Below, in pieces: positions 18,581 to 27,616 of a DNA stretch of 64,000 nucleotides. The stretch spans positions 1,454-65,453 of IMG/VR virus record IMGVR_UViG_2851419669_000001. One strand, 5' to 3'. Every line of letters begins with the position of its first letter. The stretch's first letter is position 1. Made by a program: the position numbers and the translations under genes. The DNA comes from a virus (lineage: Duplodnaviria; Caudoviricetes). Under the pieces are notes generated by a model, which was not told the origin of the DNA, searched no databases, and saw nothing but the letters and a program-made list of their open reading frames with translations.

Positions 18581-19639
18581 CTAGTGACCGAGGCTTGATA
18601 CCGTTGTGATAGGATCAGCACTAGTTACAAACTGAGCCATTGGAATCAATTTTTGATCGTAGACTTTTGACCAGTTAGTGCCATCAGCTAAGTCATCCAT
18701 CGTAGGATAAGCTTTGCCCGAATGCTTGGAAGTGAAGTTACTTTCGTTCCAAGACAACCCTTGTGGTGCAAAGACAAACCGACGACGGTTAACAAGATAA
18801 TCAACACCATGGTTCTTTAACGGATCACGATTAGTTTCAATCGCATTAGCGACCGGCAATTCAGAATAACCAACGGCACCTCGAGCAAACAAATAACTCG
18901 TGTACTTGGCACCACTTACTGGTAAGCTATCGTCAACCACAATTTGAACGCCTTTAATCTTATCACCAGCATCAGGCGCTTGGATTGATGTTGGCACGTT
19001 GCTATTGCCATTTAAGACGAAGGTTGAATTACTCTTAGCATCAACTAAGTTGGCATCTTGTAATTGACGAAGAACATCAGAATGAACTGCTACAACGGCC
19101 AAATCTTTATAGCGATCGCCTAATAAGAAGCGGGCTTTGTTGAAGTTCTTCAAGCTGAACGTGGTATCAGTCTTATCAGCAGTAGCATCTAGTTGATTGA
19201 CGCCCTTCATGCTAACTGAACTAAATACTCCCGTGAGAGTTTTTAGCAAAAGCTTTTCATAGATATGTGACCAGTAATCGCTGACTTGATCACCAATAGC
19301 ACTTAAAGGATCCGCACCTGATAATTCAGCTGATAAGTCAGTTGCACTCCAAGCTTGATCAAAGCCTAATTTCCGGGCTTGTGCTAAATCAGTAGTAATC
19401 TTGTTGACTAATAAGTCAGTTGTGTCATCGGGCACTTGTGGATCATTGTCAGCTAGTGGCTTGAACAGCGGCATGTTGGCTACTTTGCCAGCGCCTAATA
19501 ATGCTGCAATTTGTTGTACGTTTTGAACGACACCACTCGTAAAGAATGCGTTGTTTTGTGTTGACTTTTCAGCTAAATAAGCCCCCCAGTGTTCAGGGAT
19601 TTTCATGTCGCTTAATTGGGTAATGTTTCCGTTTACCAT
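18581..19639 (-). CDS. Major capsid protein
   Basis: T.LSD..IPE....Y start, AWSATDLSAELSGADP; follows scaffold. Confidence 0.88.
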   Translation of the reverse strand: MVNGNITQLSDMKIPEHWGAYLAEKSTQNNAFFTSGVVQNVQQIAALLGAGKVANMPLFKPLADNDPQVPDDTTDLLVNKITTDLAQARKLGFDQAWSATDLSAELSGADPLSAIGDQVSDYWSHIYEKLLLKTLTGVFSSVSMKGVNQLDATADKTDTTFSLKNFNKARFLLGDRYKDLAVVAVHSDVLRQLQDANLVDAKSNSTFVLNGNSNVPTSIQAPDAGDKIKGVQIVVDDSLPVSGAKYTSYLFARGAVGYSELPVANAIETNRDPLKNHGVDYLVNRRRFVFAPQGLSWNESNFTSKHSGKAYPTMDDLADGTNWSKVYDQKLIPMAQFVTSADPITTVSSLGH

Positions 19640-19655
19640 AATTTATCTCTCCTTA

Positions 19656-20303
19656 TTATTTTCCAACATAAAACGGCTGGCTAATGGGTTGGGCACTAGC
19701 AATTAATTTCTGAGCCTGTTCTTTGTCGGTATTGTAAATTTCAGTTTGTTTTGTTAAATTCCAACCATCTTTGGACCATGGATTATTAGTCCCCGCTTCT
19801 TGTGATGAAGTATTGTTACTCCCAGTAGTTACGGCTTGCTTACCAGCCAATAACTTTTCAGTAGCCGCTTGTACTTGGCTATCAACGTATTTCTGCAATA
19901 ATCCTAGATTATCGCTTGTGGAATCTTCGTCAGCACCCATAACCAGTGGCAACATGTCCGGGCTAATCCCCTTGTCGAGTAACATTGACTTGGTCTTGTA
20001 TTCCTGAATCTGAGTTGCTAATTCTTGATTTTGTTTAGCAATTTCAGCTTCACGTTGTTTACGATCAGCTTCAGCCTTTTGTTCAGCGGTCATTTTAGCT
20101 CGTTCTTCGGCCTGCTTTTGCGCATCAACCAGCTGCTGTTTAAAGTCAGCTTGCTGTTGATCAAGTTTCTTAGACCATTTAGCGTGCTGTTGACCAATCA
20201 ATTCATCAATTTTAGCTTGTTGTTCATCGGTAAATGTTACCTGTTCTTCAGACTGCTTACCACCTTCAGTGTTGGTTTCCTGATTCTTTGATTCTTCACT
20301 CAT
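19656..20303 (-). CDS. Capsid scaffolding protein (DUF4355-like)
   Basis: TFT..Q...IDE, charged coiled coil, NPWSK..WNLT.Q C-terminus. Confidence 0.85.
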   Translation of the reverse strand: MSEESKNQETNTEGGKQSEEQVTFTDEQQAKIDELIGQQHAKWSKKLDQQQADFKQQLVDAQKQAEERAKMTAEQKAEADRKQREAEIAKQNQELATQIQEYKTKSMLLDKGISPDMLPLVMGADEDSTSDNLGLLQKYVDSQVQAATEKLLAGKQAVTTGSNNTSSQEAGTNNPWSKDGWNLTKQTEIYNTDKEQAQKLIASAQPISQPFYVGK

Positions 20304-20409
20304 TAGATAACCTCCATTTAACGTCTGTCGACTTAATTCGTTTAACGCCCGTCGGCTAAAAGTGCATAAAAAATAGACCTTTTAATGCCATATCTAGGGC
20401 AATAAAAAA

Positions 20410-21354
20410 TTAGTCAAGTTCACTTAAGACATCTTTATAATCCATTTGTACTGGAATTACATTGCAATGGCAGCGTGGGTGAAACGGGGGTACGTTCATG
20501 CCGACCACAGCGTCTTTAATTTCAACGATTGTACCATCGTGGCCCTCACAATATCTGCAAACATGAGGATTATCTCTGGTAACAACCTTTAGCTTGGTAA
20601 AGCCTAAATTGCTGTATTGCTTGGCACATTCCCGCGTCTGAGTTGCTTTACTCTCAGTCACTAAAATACGCTCCATATCAGCTTTGGTTGACATGTAGCG
20701 CTTTTGCATTGTTGTTTCCCATAAATTCTCATTTGGATTAGGCTTGCCAGCAACGCCTAATTCTTTTGCAACAATTTTACTAATAGAATTAGGGTTGACA
20801 TGATTTTGCATTTGGAACTTGATAATGTTATCTAAATCAATTGCTAAATTATTGGCATGTTTGAAGATTAAATTCAATGAGGTATTCTCAGGCTCATTTT
20901 GAGCAGCCACTCGATACAATGCACGATGTCTAAGCTGTTTATTGTACCCACCTAACCCACTACCAGTTAGCTTAGTTACCTGTTGAACGATCTCTGCCTG
21001 CTTAGCTTGAACTAACTTGTTAACCTTTAGTCCCATGTTAGCGACGTTAACGCGTGCTTGAGCCTGGGCTACATCTAGATTAGTTTTGTAAGGCAGATTA
21101 TTTAATAACGTGGCTAATACTTGTTCTTCCTCACGAGTAGCACTCTGTTTTAACTCAAGCACTGCATCGGTTAGCTCTTTAATGTCTGCATCATCGGCAT
21201 CATCTTGCCAGGTTACATTTTTGTGTAGAAAGTAGGCTAAATTCTTAACCTGGGCATGATGTGAACGTTCGATAATGCTAATCAGCTGTTGGAATACTGG
21301 ATCCTTAACATCTAAAATCTTTGCTAAAGCATGAGCCAATTTATTAATGTCCAT
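20410..21354 (-). CDS. Minor capsid/head morphogenesis protein (SPP1 gp7-like)
   Basis: C..C...DG and PPFHPRCHC motifs. Confidence 0.88.
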   Translation of the reverse strand: MDINKLAHALAKILDVKDPVFQQLISIIERSHHAQVKNLAYFLHKNVTWQDDADDADIKELTDAVLELKQSATREEEQVLATLLNNLPYKTNLDVAQAQARVNVANMGLKVNKLVQAKQAEIVQQVTKLTGSGLGGYNKQLRHRALYRVAAQNEPENTSLNLIFKHANNLAIDLDNIIKFQMQNHVNPNSISKIVAKELGVAGKPNPNENLWETTMQKRYMSTKADMERILVTESKATQTRECAKQYSNLGFTKLKVVTRDNPHVCRYCEGHDGTIVEIKDAVVGMNVPPFHPRCHCNVIPVQMDYKDVLSELD

Positions 21355-21356
21355 AA

Positions 21357-23009
21357 TCAGCCTTCTTTGTTGTTATTATCGGGTAACGATGCTTTTTCAC
21401 CGGTTGCAAATATGTTGCCCAGTCCACCGTCACCTTGAGCGTAATTATCGTCATCTTCCTTAGCAGTTTGGGTATCCTCTTTAACGCGTTCCGCTTCGGC
21501 ATCAGCATTGATTCCTGTAATTGGTTCAGCCATGTCACGAATGGTTTCGTCACTGAATTTACCAGTACCATTTAGTAACTGGATAAGTTGTGCGGTCGCA
21601 TCATCATTCTTAGGCAAGTTTGGCATGAAGTTAGCTTTAATCATCTTGTTCCATTTGTCAGAACTAATTTGGTTGAGTGTTTGCCAATAGCTAACACAAG
21701 CATTCAAGCGATCATGTAAACCACGTTTAAACAACGTTTCCTGTAGTTTGCGTTCTTGATCACTGCCCCACAGTTTATAAGACATAGCCACGCCAGAAGC
21801 ATTGGAAGCAAAGTTTGGATCGTTGACATTAGGCGTATTAGTGTACTTGTGAATTTCGTTGATTAGGAAATTAGTGTATGTTGACCAGCCAGCAGCGTCA
21901 TACTGCTTAGTTAGATACTTAGCGTCGGGTTGAATAATATGCTTGGCGGTTGAACCAACACCGCCACTTGCTGCGAACGGTTCTAAATACCACATGTGAT
22001 TTTTAGGGTCAACGTTTGGATGAGCTGGTTCAATGATAATCGGCTGACCGTCTTGGCCTATTTTTTTATTACCATTCTCGTCCAGCAAATACTTAGGTTC
22101 TGTCATATTAGAAAACTTACCAGTTAAGACGATATTGGCGTTGTTGAAGTCTTCCTGGAAGTCAGCCATCATCGATACACTTTTGTCCAGTGCATCTAGT
22201 TGGTCTAGTTCAGGCTCCCAATCGCCTAACCGCTCATCATTATTGCGATACTCGGTTAATGGAACAGTATCGAAAAAGTGTGGCAATGTATCATCCAATA
22301 CTGCATTGGCAACGGGTGAATTAGTTTGAGGCAAACCACCCTGACTATGAAAGGTAAAAAGCTGACTATCAGTGTAAACCTCATAATGTTCCACCAATTG
22401 ATTATCTAAGATACCAGTCTGATAATAACGAACACCAACAAGTGGCTTGTGATCGACAGTATCATCATAGATCACAAATGCTTGTGTTGGATCAACTCGA
22501 ACTAGTCCTAAATCAGTCACTCCATTTTTAACGTATACTAAATCATATGCTCGACCAGTGATTGATAAGTCCTTCGCTAGTTGCTGGTTGACATAGTCTG
22601 CGTTCGTATTAACGATAAAAGTATCTAATACATTTTGGAACTTTTGTGCCTGGCTATCATCTACTTCAGTATCATCTTGTAGTTTTAACTGAATTGGATT
22701 ACCTATTAAATAGCCAACTCGAATGCTTGTCATATAACGAGCGAACGCTGCCGCTACTCGATTGTTAGCATGGTAAGGATTATTACTATCTTCTTGCTTT
22801 TTGATTGCGTTATTAGCCTCGTAGTAATCATACAAAGTTTGAAGTCTTGAGACTTGATGATTTTGATGATGGTTAATAAACTGATAGACAATCTTCATTA
22901 ATTCTAACGGCTGTTCTGAAACTGCCGTGTATGTTCCAACTGGCATCGTGTAGTCTCGGTTGGCTTCACGGTCAAAACGTTGTTTTCCATAAATACTATT
23001 AATAATCAT
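21357..23009 (-). CDS. Portal protein, SPP1 type
   Basis: RL..L.DYY, GYLIGNPI, SGVAM.YKL motifs. Confidence 0.92.
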   Translation of the reverse strand: MIINSIYGKQRFDREANRDYTMPVGTYTAVSEQPLELMKIVYQFINHHQNHQVSRLQTLYDYYEANNAIKKQEDSNNPYHANNRVAAAFARYMTSIRVGYLIGNPIQLKLQDDTEVDDSQAQKFQNVLDTFIVNTNADYVNQQLAKDLSITGRAYDLVYVKNGVTDLGLVRVDPTQAFVIYDDTVDHKPLVGVRYYQTGILDNQLVEHYEVYTDSQLFTFHSQGGLPQTNSPVANAVLDDTLPHFFDTVPLTEYRNNDERLGDWEPELDQLDALDKSVSMMADFQEDFNNANIVLTGKFSNMTEPKYLLDENGNKKIGQDGQPIIIEPAHPNVDPKNHMWYLEPFAASGGVGSTAKHIIQPDAKYLTKQYDAAGWSTYTNFLINEIHKYTNTPNVNDPNFASNASGVAMSYKLWGSDQERKLQETLFKRGLHDRLNACVSYWQTLNQISSDKWNKMIKANFMPNLPKNDDATAQLIQLLNGTGKFSDETIRDMAEPITGINADAEAERVKEDTQTAKEDDDNYAQGDGGLGNIFATGEKASLPDNNNKEG

Positions 23010-24297
23010 TCACTCCCATCTGACGACCAATCGCGTATTGTTCATCCCATTTAACACCTAACGATCCATCATAATCCCCCATATATTGGCGAACTGCATA
23101 ACGTAAGGCGTCAATCGCATGGTTGTCTTGGTCTTTAGGCTTGCTTAGCGTGTTACCCATGCGATCACTGTCAAAGACGTAGCTGTTTAATTCACGCCAC
23201 AAATTCTTGCATTTAGGGTGAACGTGAATTTGATATTGCCATAGTTGGTCAATACCAGCCTCAATTGGCGTTTTTGAAACGCTATCAGCATTTAAAATTC
23301 CTAAATCATTTAATTGAGCAGTTCTTTCAGGGCTTGCGCTATCTGCATATATCCTGGCTCGTTCATAGCCGTTAGCTTTTAACCATTTAGCAATATGTGG
23401 TGTTGTTTGATGATAGGTATACATCTCATCGTAGACCCACAACTGCTTATTGCGAACATCAACAGCAACGGCAACGAAAGCGTTAGGATCATTACCGAAG
23501 CCATAGTCCAGGCCAAAGCCAGTCTGCCCACACTCTTGTATCTTATCCATAGCATTAAAGTCAACTTGTTCAACGTTATCTTCAAATACTAGCCCTTCAG
23601 CTACGCCCCAGTCGCCATCAACGACCGTTTTAGCGCGTCTAGGGTTGGTTTGGTATAAACTATAAAGCCGCTGTTTATATTCGTCAGAGACGAACTCATT
23701 GCATCTAACGGTAGTCGTGCGAACAAAGGCATCATCACGTTTCTGGTCAAAAAACTCACGCTTTAGCCAATGGTGCTCATTCCATGGGTTAAACGTGAGC
23801 GTTACTTGATAAAAGACTTGTGGATCATTCCCACGTAACGATTCAATCACCGTTTGTAACTTGCTAAACGATTCAATTTCATAGGCTTCTTCTACCCACA
23901 GCCAGCACAATTCACCAGTAAGGACATTAACTGAAGTTAGTTTCAATGGATCATCAAGGCCACGAAAGATAATTTTCTGGCCAGTTGGCAAGTAAGTGAT
24001 TTCTGGCAATGACTCGTTATACTTAAAGTAACGTGCTAAGTGGAAGTCATTAATAGCCTTCTTGCATTCCACGAAGGTACTAGTCTTGTTGGTATTGGCA
24101 TTACGCCTTACGACCAAGATATTTGACCAATGATACTTAACTAACCGGTAAATTAAATTGTGAGCGGTGGTTACCGACTTCTTCGATCCACGACTGCCTT
24201 TAATCACTCGGTAAAAGTGATGATCACGCCAGAAATCAGTATAGCCAGAACCAATTAATTGTCGTAAACTTAAATTAAATTGTTGGGTGGTTGACAT
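22999..24297 (-). CDS. terL: Terminase large subunit, PBSX family
   Basis: KGSRGSKKS Walker A, WVEEA Walker B, GLDYG, NHAIDALRYA. Confidence 0.95.
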   Translation of the reverse strand: MSTTQQFNLSLRQLIGSGYTDFWRDHHFYRVIKGSRGSKKSVTTAHNLIYRLVKYHWSNILVVRRNANTNKTSTFVECKKAINDFHLARYFKYNESLPEITYLPTGQKIIFRGLDDPLKLTSVNVLTGELCWLWVEEAYEIESFSKLQTVIESLRGNDPQVFYQVTLTFNPWNEHHWLKREFFDQKRDDAFVRTTTVRCNEFVSDEYKQRLYSLYQTNPRRAKTVVDGDWGVAEGLVFEDNVEQVDFNAMDKIQECGQTGFGLDYGFGNDPNAFVAVAVDVRNKQLWVYDEMYTYHQTTPHIAKWLKANGYERARIYADSASPERTAQLNDLGILNADSVSKTPIEAGIDQLWQYQIHVHPKCKNLWRELNSYVFDSDRMGNTLSKPKDQDNHAIDALRYAVRQYMGDYDGSLGVKWDEQYAIGRQMGVNDY

Positions 24298-24326
24298 ATG
24301 ACATCATCTCCAGGGGGGACGTTAAC

Positions 24327-24542
24327 ATGATAATAGCAATAATTATTTTATTTTTAGGCCTACCAATTTTCTTTCATATGGCATGGCGGGGTTTAAATTG
24401 GTTTGTAGATTTCATTTTGATTGCAGCAGTCATCGGTTTAATATACATAGCTTGGTGGTTTATCGTGGCGTTTGTCATACTATTAGCCATCTCATATACA
24501 ATCAAGCATTTTGTTGGCCGTCATCGGGCAAATCGTCAGTAA
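24327..24542 (+). CDS. Small membrane protein, antisense moron between terS and terL
   Basis: GGGGGA RBS; 71 aa, almost wholly hydrophobic; fills the terS-terL gap. Confidence 0.6.
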   Translation: MIIAIIILFLGLPIFFHMAWRGLNWFVDFILIAAVIGLIYIAWWFIVAFVILLAISYTIKHFVGRHRANRQ

Positions 24543-25011
24543 AGTTGATGACAACTTGTTGGTTGTCTTTACTAGATCGTTTGGCCTTAGCCTCCGCAAT
24601 ATCTGCATCAGCTTTGAGCTTGCGAATCTGTTGTTCAACGAGCTTATCGTTGCCCGGATAACGCTTTAGTATTTCCTTAGCAACAGCCGTTTTGTCCTTG
24701 GTAGTTGGTGGACGTTCAATAGATTCAGCACCGTCAGCAGTACCCACCACTACAGTTTCTAGCTCTTCACCACGAAGCACTCTAGTGTAAAATTCCATAA
24801 CCTCTTTGGCGTCTGCAATCTTGCTAGATTCTATCTCAGCCATCTGTTCATCGATGTATTTTTTAATGTCAGGTTTTGTCAGGTTTTCCTGTCCAACTGA
24901 GCGGGCTGAGCGTTTACTATACCCCGCTTTACGAGCCGCATTAGCAGCATTGCCAGACTTGATATACTCGTCGGCAAACCTCTGCTGTTTTGGCGTTAAC
25001 TTTCGTTTCAT
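24502..25011 (-). CDS. terS: Terminase small subunit
   Basis: LTPKQQRFADEYI..GNA..AARKAGYS, ENLTKP. Confidence 0.93.
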   Translation of the reverse strand: MKRKLTPKQQRFADEYIKSGNAANAARKAGYSKRSARSVGQENLTKPDIKKYIDEQMAEIESSKIADAKEVMEFYTRVLRGEELETVVVGTADGAESIERPPTTKDKTAVAKEILKRYPGNDKLVEQQIRKLKADADIAEAKAKRSSKDNQQVVINFTDDLPDDGQQNA

Positions 25012-25051
25012 TACATACCACCACACCTCCGTTAATTGGAATTAGTCATCG

Positions 25052-25321
25052 TTATTCGACTACGACCCAGTCATCAGCTAGCATATCAGTTTGACTAGCT
25101 AACCATGGAACTCGATCCATAGGTGCATCTGGATTGTTCGTGTGCAAACCAGTCGTATCAATATAAATGAAATCGTGCGTCATGACCTCATCAAAACGAT
25201 TGTTTGGTGTGCTTAAAGATTCTCCTTTTTTCAACTTAATGAAGATTCCTTTACCGTTCCAGCCTTTACGTGCAACACAGTTACCCTGTTTTAATTCTTC
25301 AAGTGCTTCTCCAAAATTCAT
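25052..25321 (-). CDS. DUF2829 protein (Tad2-like anti-Thoeris sponge)
   Basis: MNFGEAL..LK.G..VARKGWNGKG...PWLASQTDMLADDW signature. Confidence 0.85.
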   Translation of the reverse strand: MNFGEALEELKQGNCVARKGWNGKGIFIKLKKGESLSTPNNRFDEVMTHDFIYIDTTGLHTNNPDAPMDRVPWLASQTDMLADDWVVVE

Positions 25322-25372
25322 ACTTTTTACCTCCGTTTTTAAACCCGTCGATTTCGATGGGTTTAGAATTAG

Positions 25373-25693
25373 TTACTTTATCTCACTAAAAGCTGAATCA
25401 ATCTTCTTATGCTGCAAAGCAAACCAATCAACAATCTCCTCGTTTCTTGCCCAGTCACTGTTGGAATCTAATCCAGATTCATACAAAAAAGCATGGATAA
25501 GTTCGTGATATAAGACCTTTTGCTTATAATCATGCAGATTTGAAATTGAGTTTGGACAATTTTCAAACTGAGCAATATGAATCTCCTTAGTCGTGCTATC
25601 AGTAATACCGTCTGCATCGGCGTATTCCAGACGTGAATCATTGGAATTGAAAAAAACCTTATATTGAACTCCCATAATACTAACTTTTTTCAT
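25373..25693 (-). CDS. Small HExxH zinc-metalloprotease-like phage protein
   Basis: HELIHAFLYESG...NEEIVDW. Confidence 0.65.
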   Translation of the reverse strand: MKKVSIMGVQYKVFFNSNDSRLEYADADGITDSTTKEIHIAQFENCPNSISNLHDYKQKVLYHELIHAFLYESGLDSNSDWARNEEIVDWFALQHKKIDSAFSEIK

Positions 25694-25738
25694 TGTTCAA
25701 CATCCTTCGTTGTAAAATAGTTGTGGGAGGTGATAGTG

Positions 25739-25864
25739 ATGGCAAAACCAGAACATCGCAATTTTCCAGCCCACCCACACAAGGACGGTTCTAAAACTGT
25801 AACCGTAGCTCCATCCAAAAAGCAACCAGGTTACAAGCGAACCAAACCTCGAAAAGCTAAATAG
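25739..25864 (+). CDS. 41-aa basic peptide (not in ORF track)
   Basis: GGGAGGTG RBS; hairpin terminator 25876..25902 downstream. Confidence 0.55.
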   Translation: MAKPEHRNFPAHPHKDGSKTVTVAPSKKQPGYKRTKPRKAK

Positions 25865-25916
25865 CTGGGAAAGTAAGGGCCTGATTTTATTAGGCCCTTT
25901 TAGATTGATAATTAAG

Positions 25917-26189
25917 CTAATCTAGTAAGTCGTAAGTTTGCTTAAAAATATCAGGCTTGCATGGGTAAAGTTCACCGTGAACTCCTTTAATGATGTAATC
26001 ACCCCGCTCGGCAAGCATATCGCCTTCCAACGTGTGAATGACTAACTTTACATCAGGTGTGCCTTTATTTTCAAAACTGATTACACTTTTTTTAATGGCT
26101 TCACAAGCCCATTCTGGATCTTCTTTTTGGTCATAGTCTCCCGTCCATTTGAAACAATCAATAACTACTGGTTTCTTTTGTGCTTTCAT
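25917..26189 (-). CDS. Conserved phage protein (KKPVV/TLEG/GDYIIKG family)
   Basis: KKPVVI...[31 protein letters not shown]; GGAGG RBS. Confidence 0.75.
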   Translation of the reverse strand: MKAQKKPVVIDCFKWTGDYDQKEDPEWACEAIKKSVISFENKGTPDVKLVIHTLEGDMLAERGDYIIKGVHGELYPCKPDIFKQTYDLLD

Positions 26190-26328
26190 GCTGTACCTCC
26201 TTATTTTTATCCAAACTAAAAGCGCCATGCTGTTTAGCACGACGCTTCATCCATTTATCTAAGTGGGCATCCATCTCCGCTTCTTGTGGCGTGACGTAGC
26301 CATATTTTGTGTTAATCATCTTTACCAT
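26158..26328 (-). CDS. Hypothetical phage protein
   Basis: [21 protein letters not shown] with GAGG RBS, co-oriented in operon. Confidence 0.5.
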   Translation of the reverse strand: MVKMINTKYGYVTPQEAEMDAHLDKWMKRRAKQHGAFSLDKNKEVQHESTKETSSY

Positions 26329-26801
26329 GAGTTGCCTCGTTGCTTGAACAGAATGGATATTGTACCCCAAATAGTTCTAGATTAACTTTTTTCCAATCAT
26401 TCTCAATAGCCTCGTTGCCTTCCATATTCATTGTGGTTCCTCCTAATCGTATGTACTTAAAAAAGCCTGACGTCAGCCAGGCCTATGTATTGTTGCCTCA
26501 TAAGATGGCGATCCTGTTATTCAACAATACAATTTTATATCATACTATATCCAACATCATTTGAGTTGCAATACACACTATTTACTTTACTAAAAAGATC
26601 CCAACTAAATGTCAGGTTCCTGTACACGGTTATTATCAGAAAAACGATTATAGTTTTTGCAACCATGTTTGATTATATTACCACAGCGCACATGTTTCCG
26701 CATGCAATTTGGTGGCCAGTTTAATTGCGCTAATTATGTGATTCATAATACTATCAAATAGATGTATACTTATTTCATCTTTAACGAAAGGAGAGAGAAA
26801 T

Positions 26802-27071
26802 ATGTCATATGAAATAGTTAAAGTTCATACGGACAATAGTTTTGACACCGACGAATCTGATATTAAAAAGGTTCAACTATCAGATGGGAGTGAAGAAACC
26901 GTTGCGCAAGTGGTCAATTTTATTGATCAAAACCTTGAATATTATTTCACTTCACGTGAAGGCAATAAAACCGAAGTTGAAACAGTGCATCCCACTTACC
27001 GTGATCCATATATAAGAACTAAAGCAAACCAAACGACTTATGACAATCTACTCAGTTTGCCTAGATTCTAG
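26802..27071 (+). CDS. DUF3892-like protein (moron)
   Basis: C-terminal YIRTKAN.T..DNLLSLP; AAAGGAG RBS; own TATACT and downstream hairpin. Confidence 0.8.
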   Translation: MSYEIVKVHTDNSFDTDESDIKKVQLSDGSEETVAQVVNFIDQNLEYYFTSREGNKTEVETVHPTYRDPYIRTKANQTTYDNLLSLPRF

Positions 27072-27083
27072 TTTAAAGGACTC

Positions 27084-27230
27084 TCACTTTGAGGTGGGGG
27101 TTTTTGTTTTAACATTGAAATCATAGTGAGCTAATGTCTGACCATCAGCCAAATTTTCATTTGATCTGTTAATTGATACCAAACGACCATGTAAAACCTC
27201 ATTTACTAATTGTTCAATAATTTTAAACAT
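27084..27230 (-). CDS. Hypothetical 48-aa protein
   Basis: AAGGAGG RBS before ATG 27230. Confidence 0.45.
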   Translation of the reverse strand: MFKIIEQLVNEVLHGRLVSINRSNENLADGQTLAHYDFNVKTKTPTSK

Positions 27231-27261
27231 AACCAATTCCTCCTTAATTTCAATTTAACTA

Positions 27262-27322
27262 TATCGCCGGTAGGCCTCGAACCTACATCCCATTGTGGCT
27301 TGCCAATTAGCCCACAGCGATA
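27262..27322 (-). ncRNA. tRNA-like RNA lacking anticodon arm
   Basis: Acceptor TATCGCT/GGCGATA, D-arm, T-arm GTAGG-TTCGAGG-CCTAC; only ~10 nt between D and T arms. Confidence 0.6.
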
Positions 27323-27407
27323 CTCACATTTAACGGCCGACGTTAAATACGAAGACTAATGCCGGCGGCAGAGAGGAGCGCATCACCCCTTATAAATCCA
27401 CCGGCAA

Positions 27408-27480
27408 CGTAGCCTGCTGGACTCGAACCAGCGACAACCTGATTAACAGTCAGGTGCTCTACCAACTGAGCTAAGGCCAC
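27408..27480 (-). tRNA. tRNA-Asn(GTT)
   Basis: Full cloverleaf, anticodon arm CCTGA-CTGTTAA-TCAGG. Confidence 0.93.
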
Positions 27481-27562
27481 AATAATGCTAGGTAATAATT
27501 GCCCGGGGTGGCTTACCTAACATTCGATAATACTAATTTACTCCCCTTTTTGACTTATTTAC

Positions 27563-27611
27563 CGGAATCAACACGGAAACTTGTCGGAATTTACTCGGAA
27601 TTTTGTCGGAG
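27563..27611 (-). promoter_or_regulatory. Putative ArpU binding array/late promoter
   Basis: CGGA at 27563, 27574, 27585, 27596, 27607 (exact 11-bp period) right after the arpU stop. Confidence 0.7.
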
Positions 27612-27616
27612 TAAAT

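Noticed and set aside
24298-24501. Intron or homing element at terL
   Set aside because: terL reads intact from its own RBS; the gap is too short and encodes no nuclease
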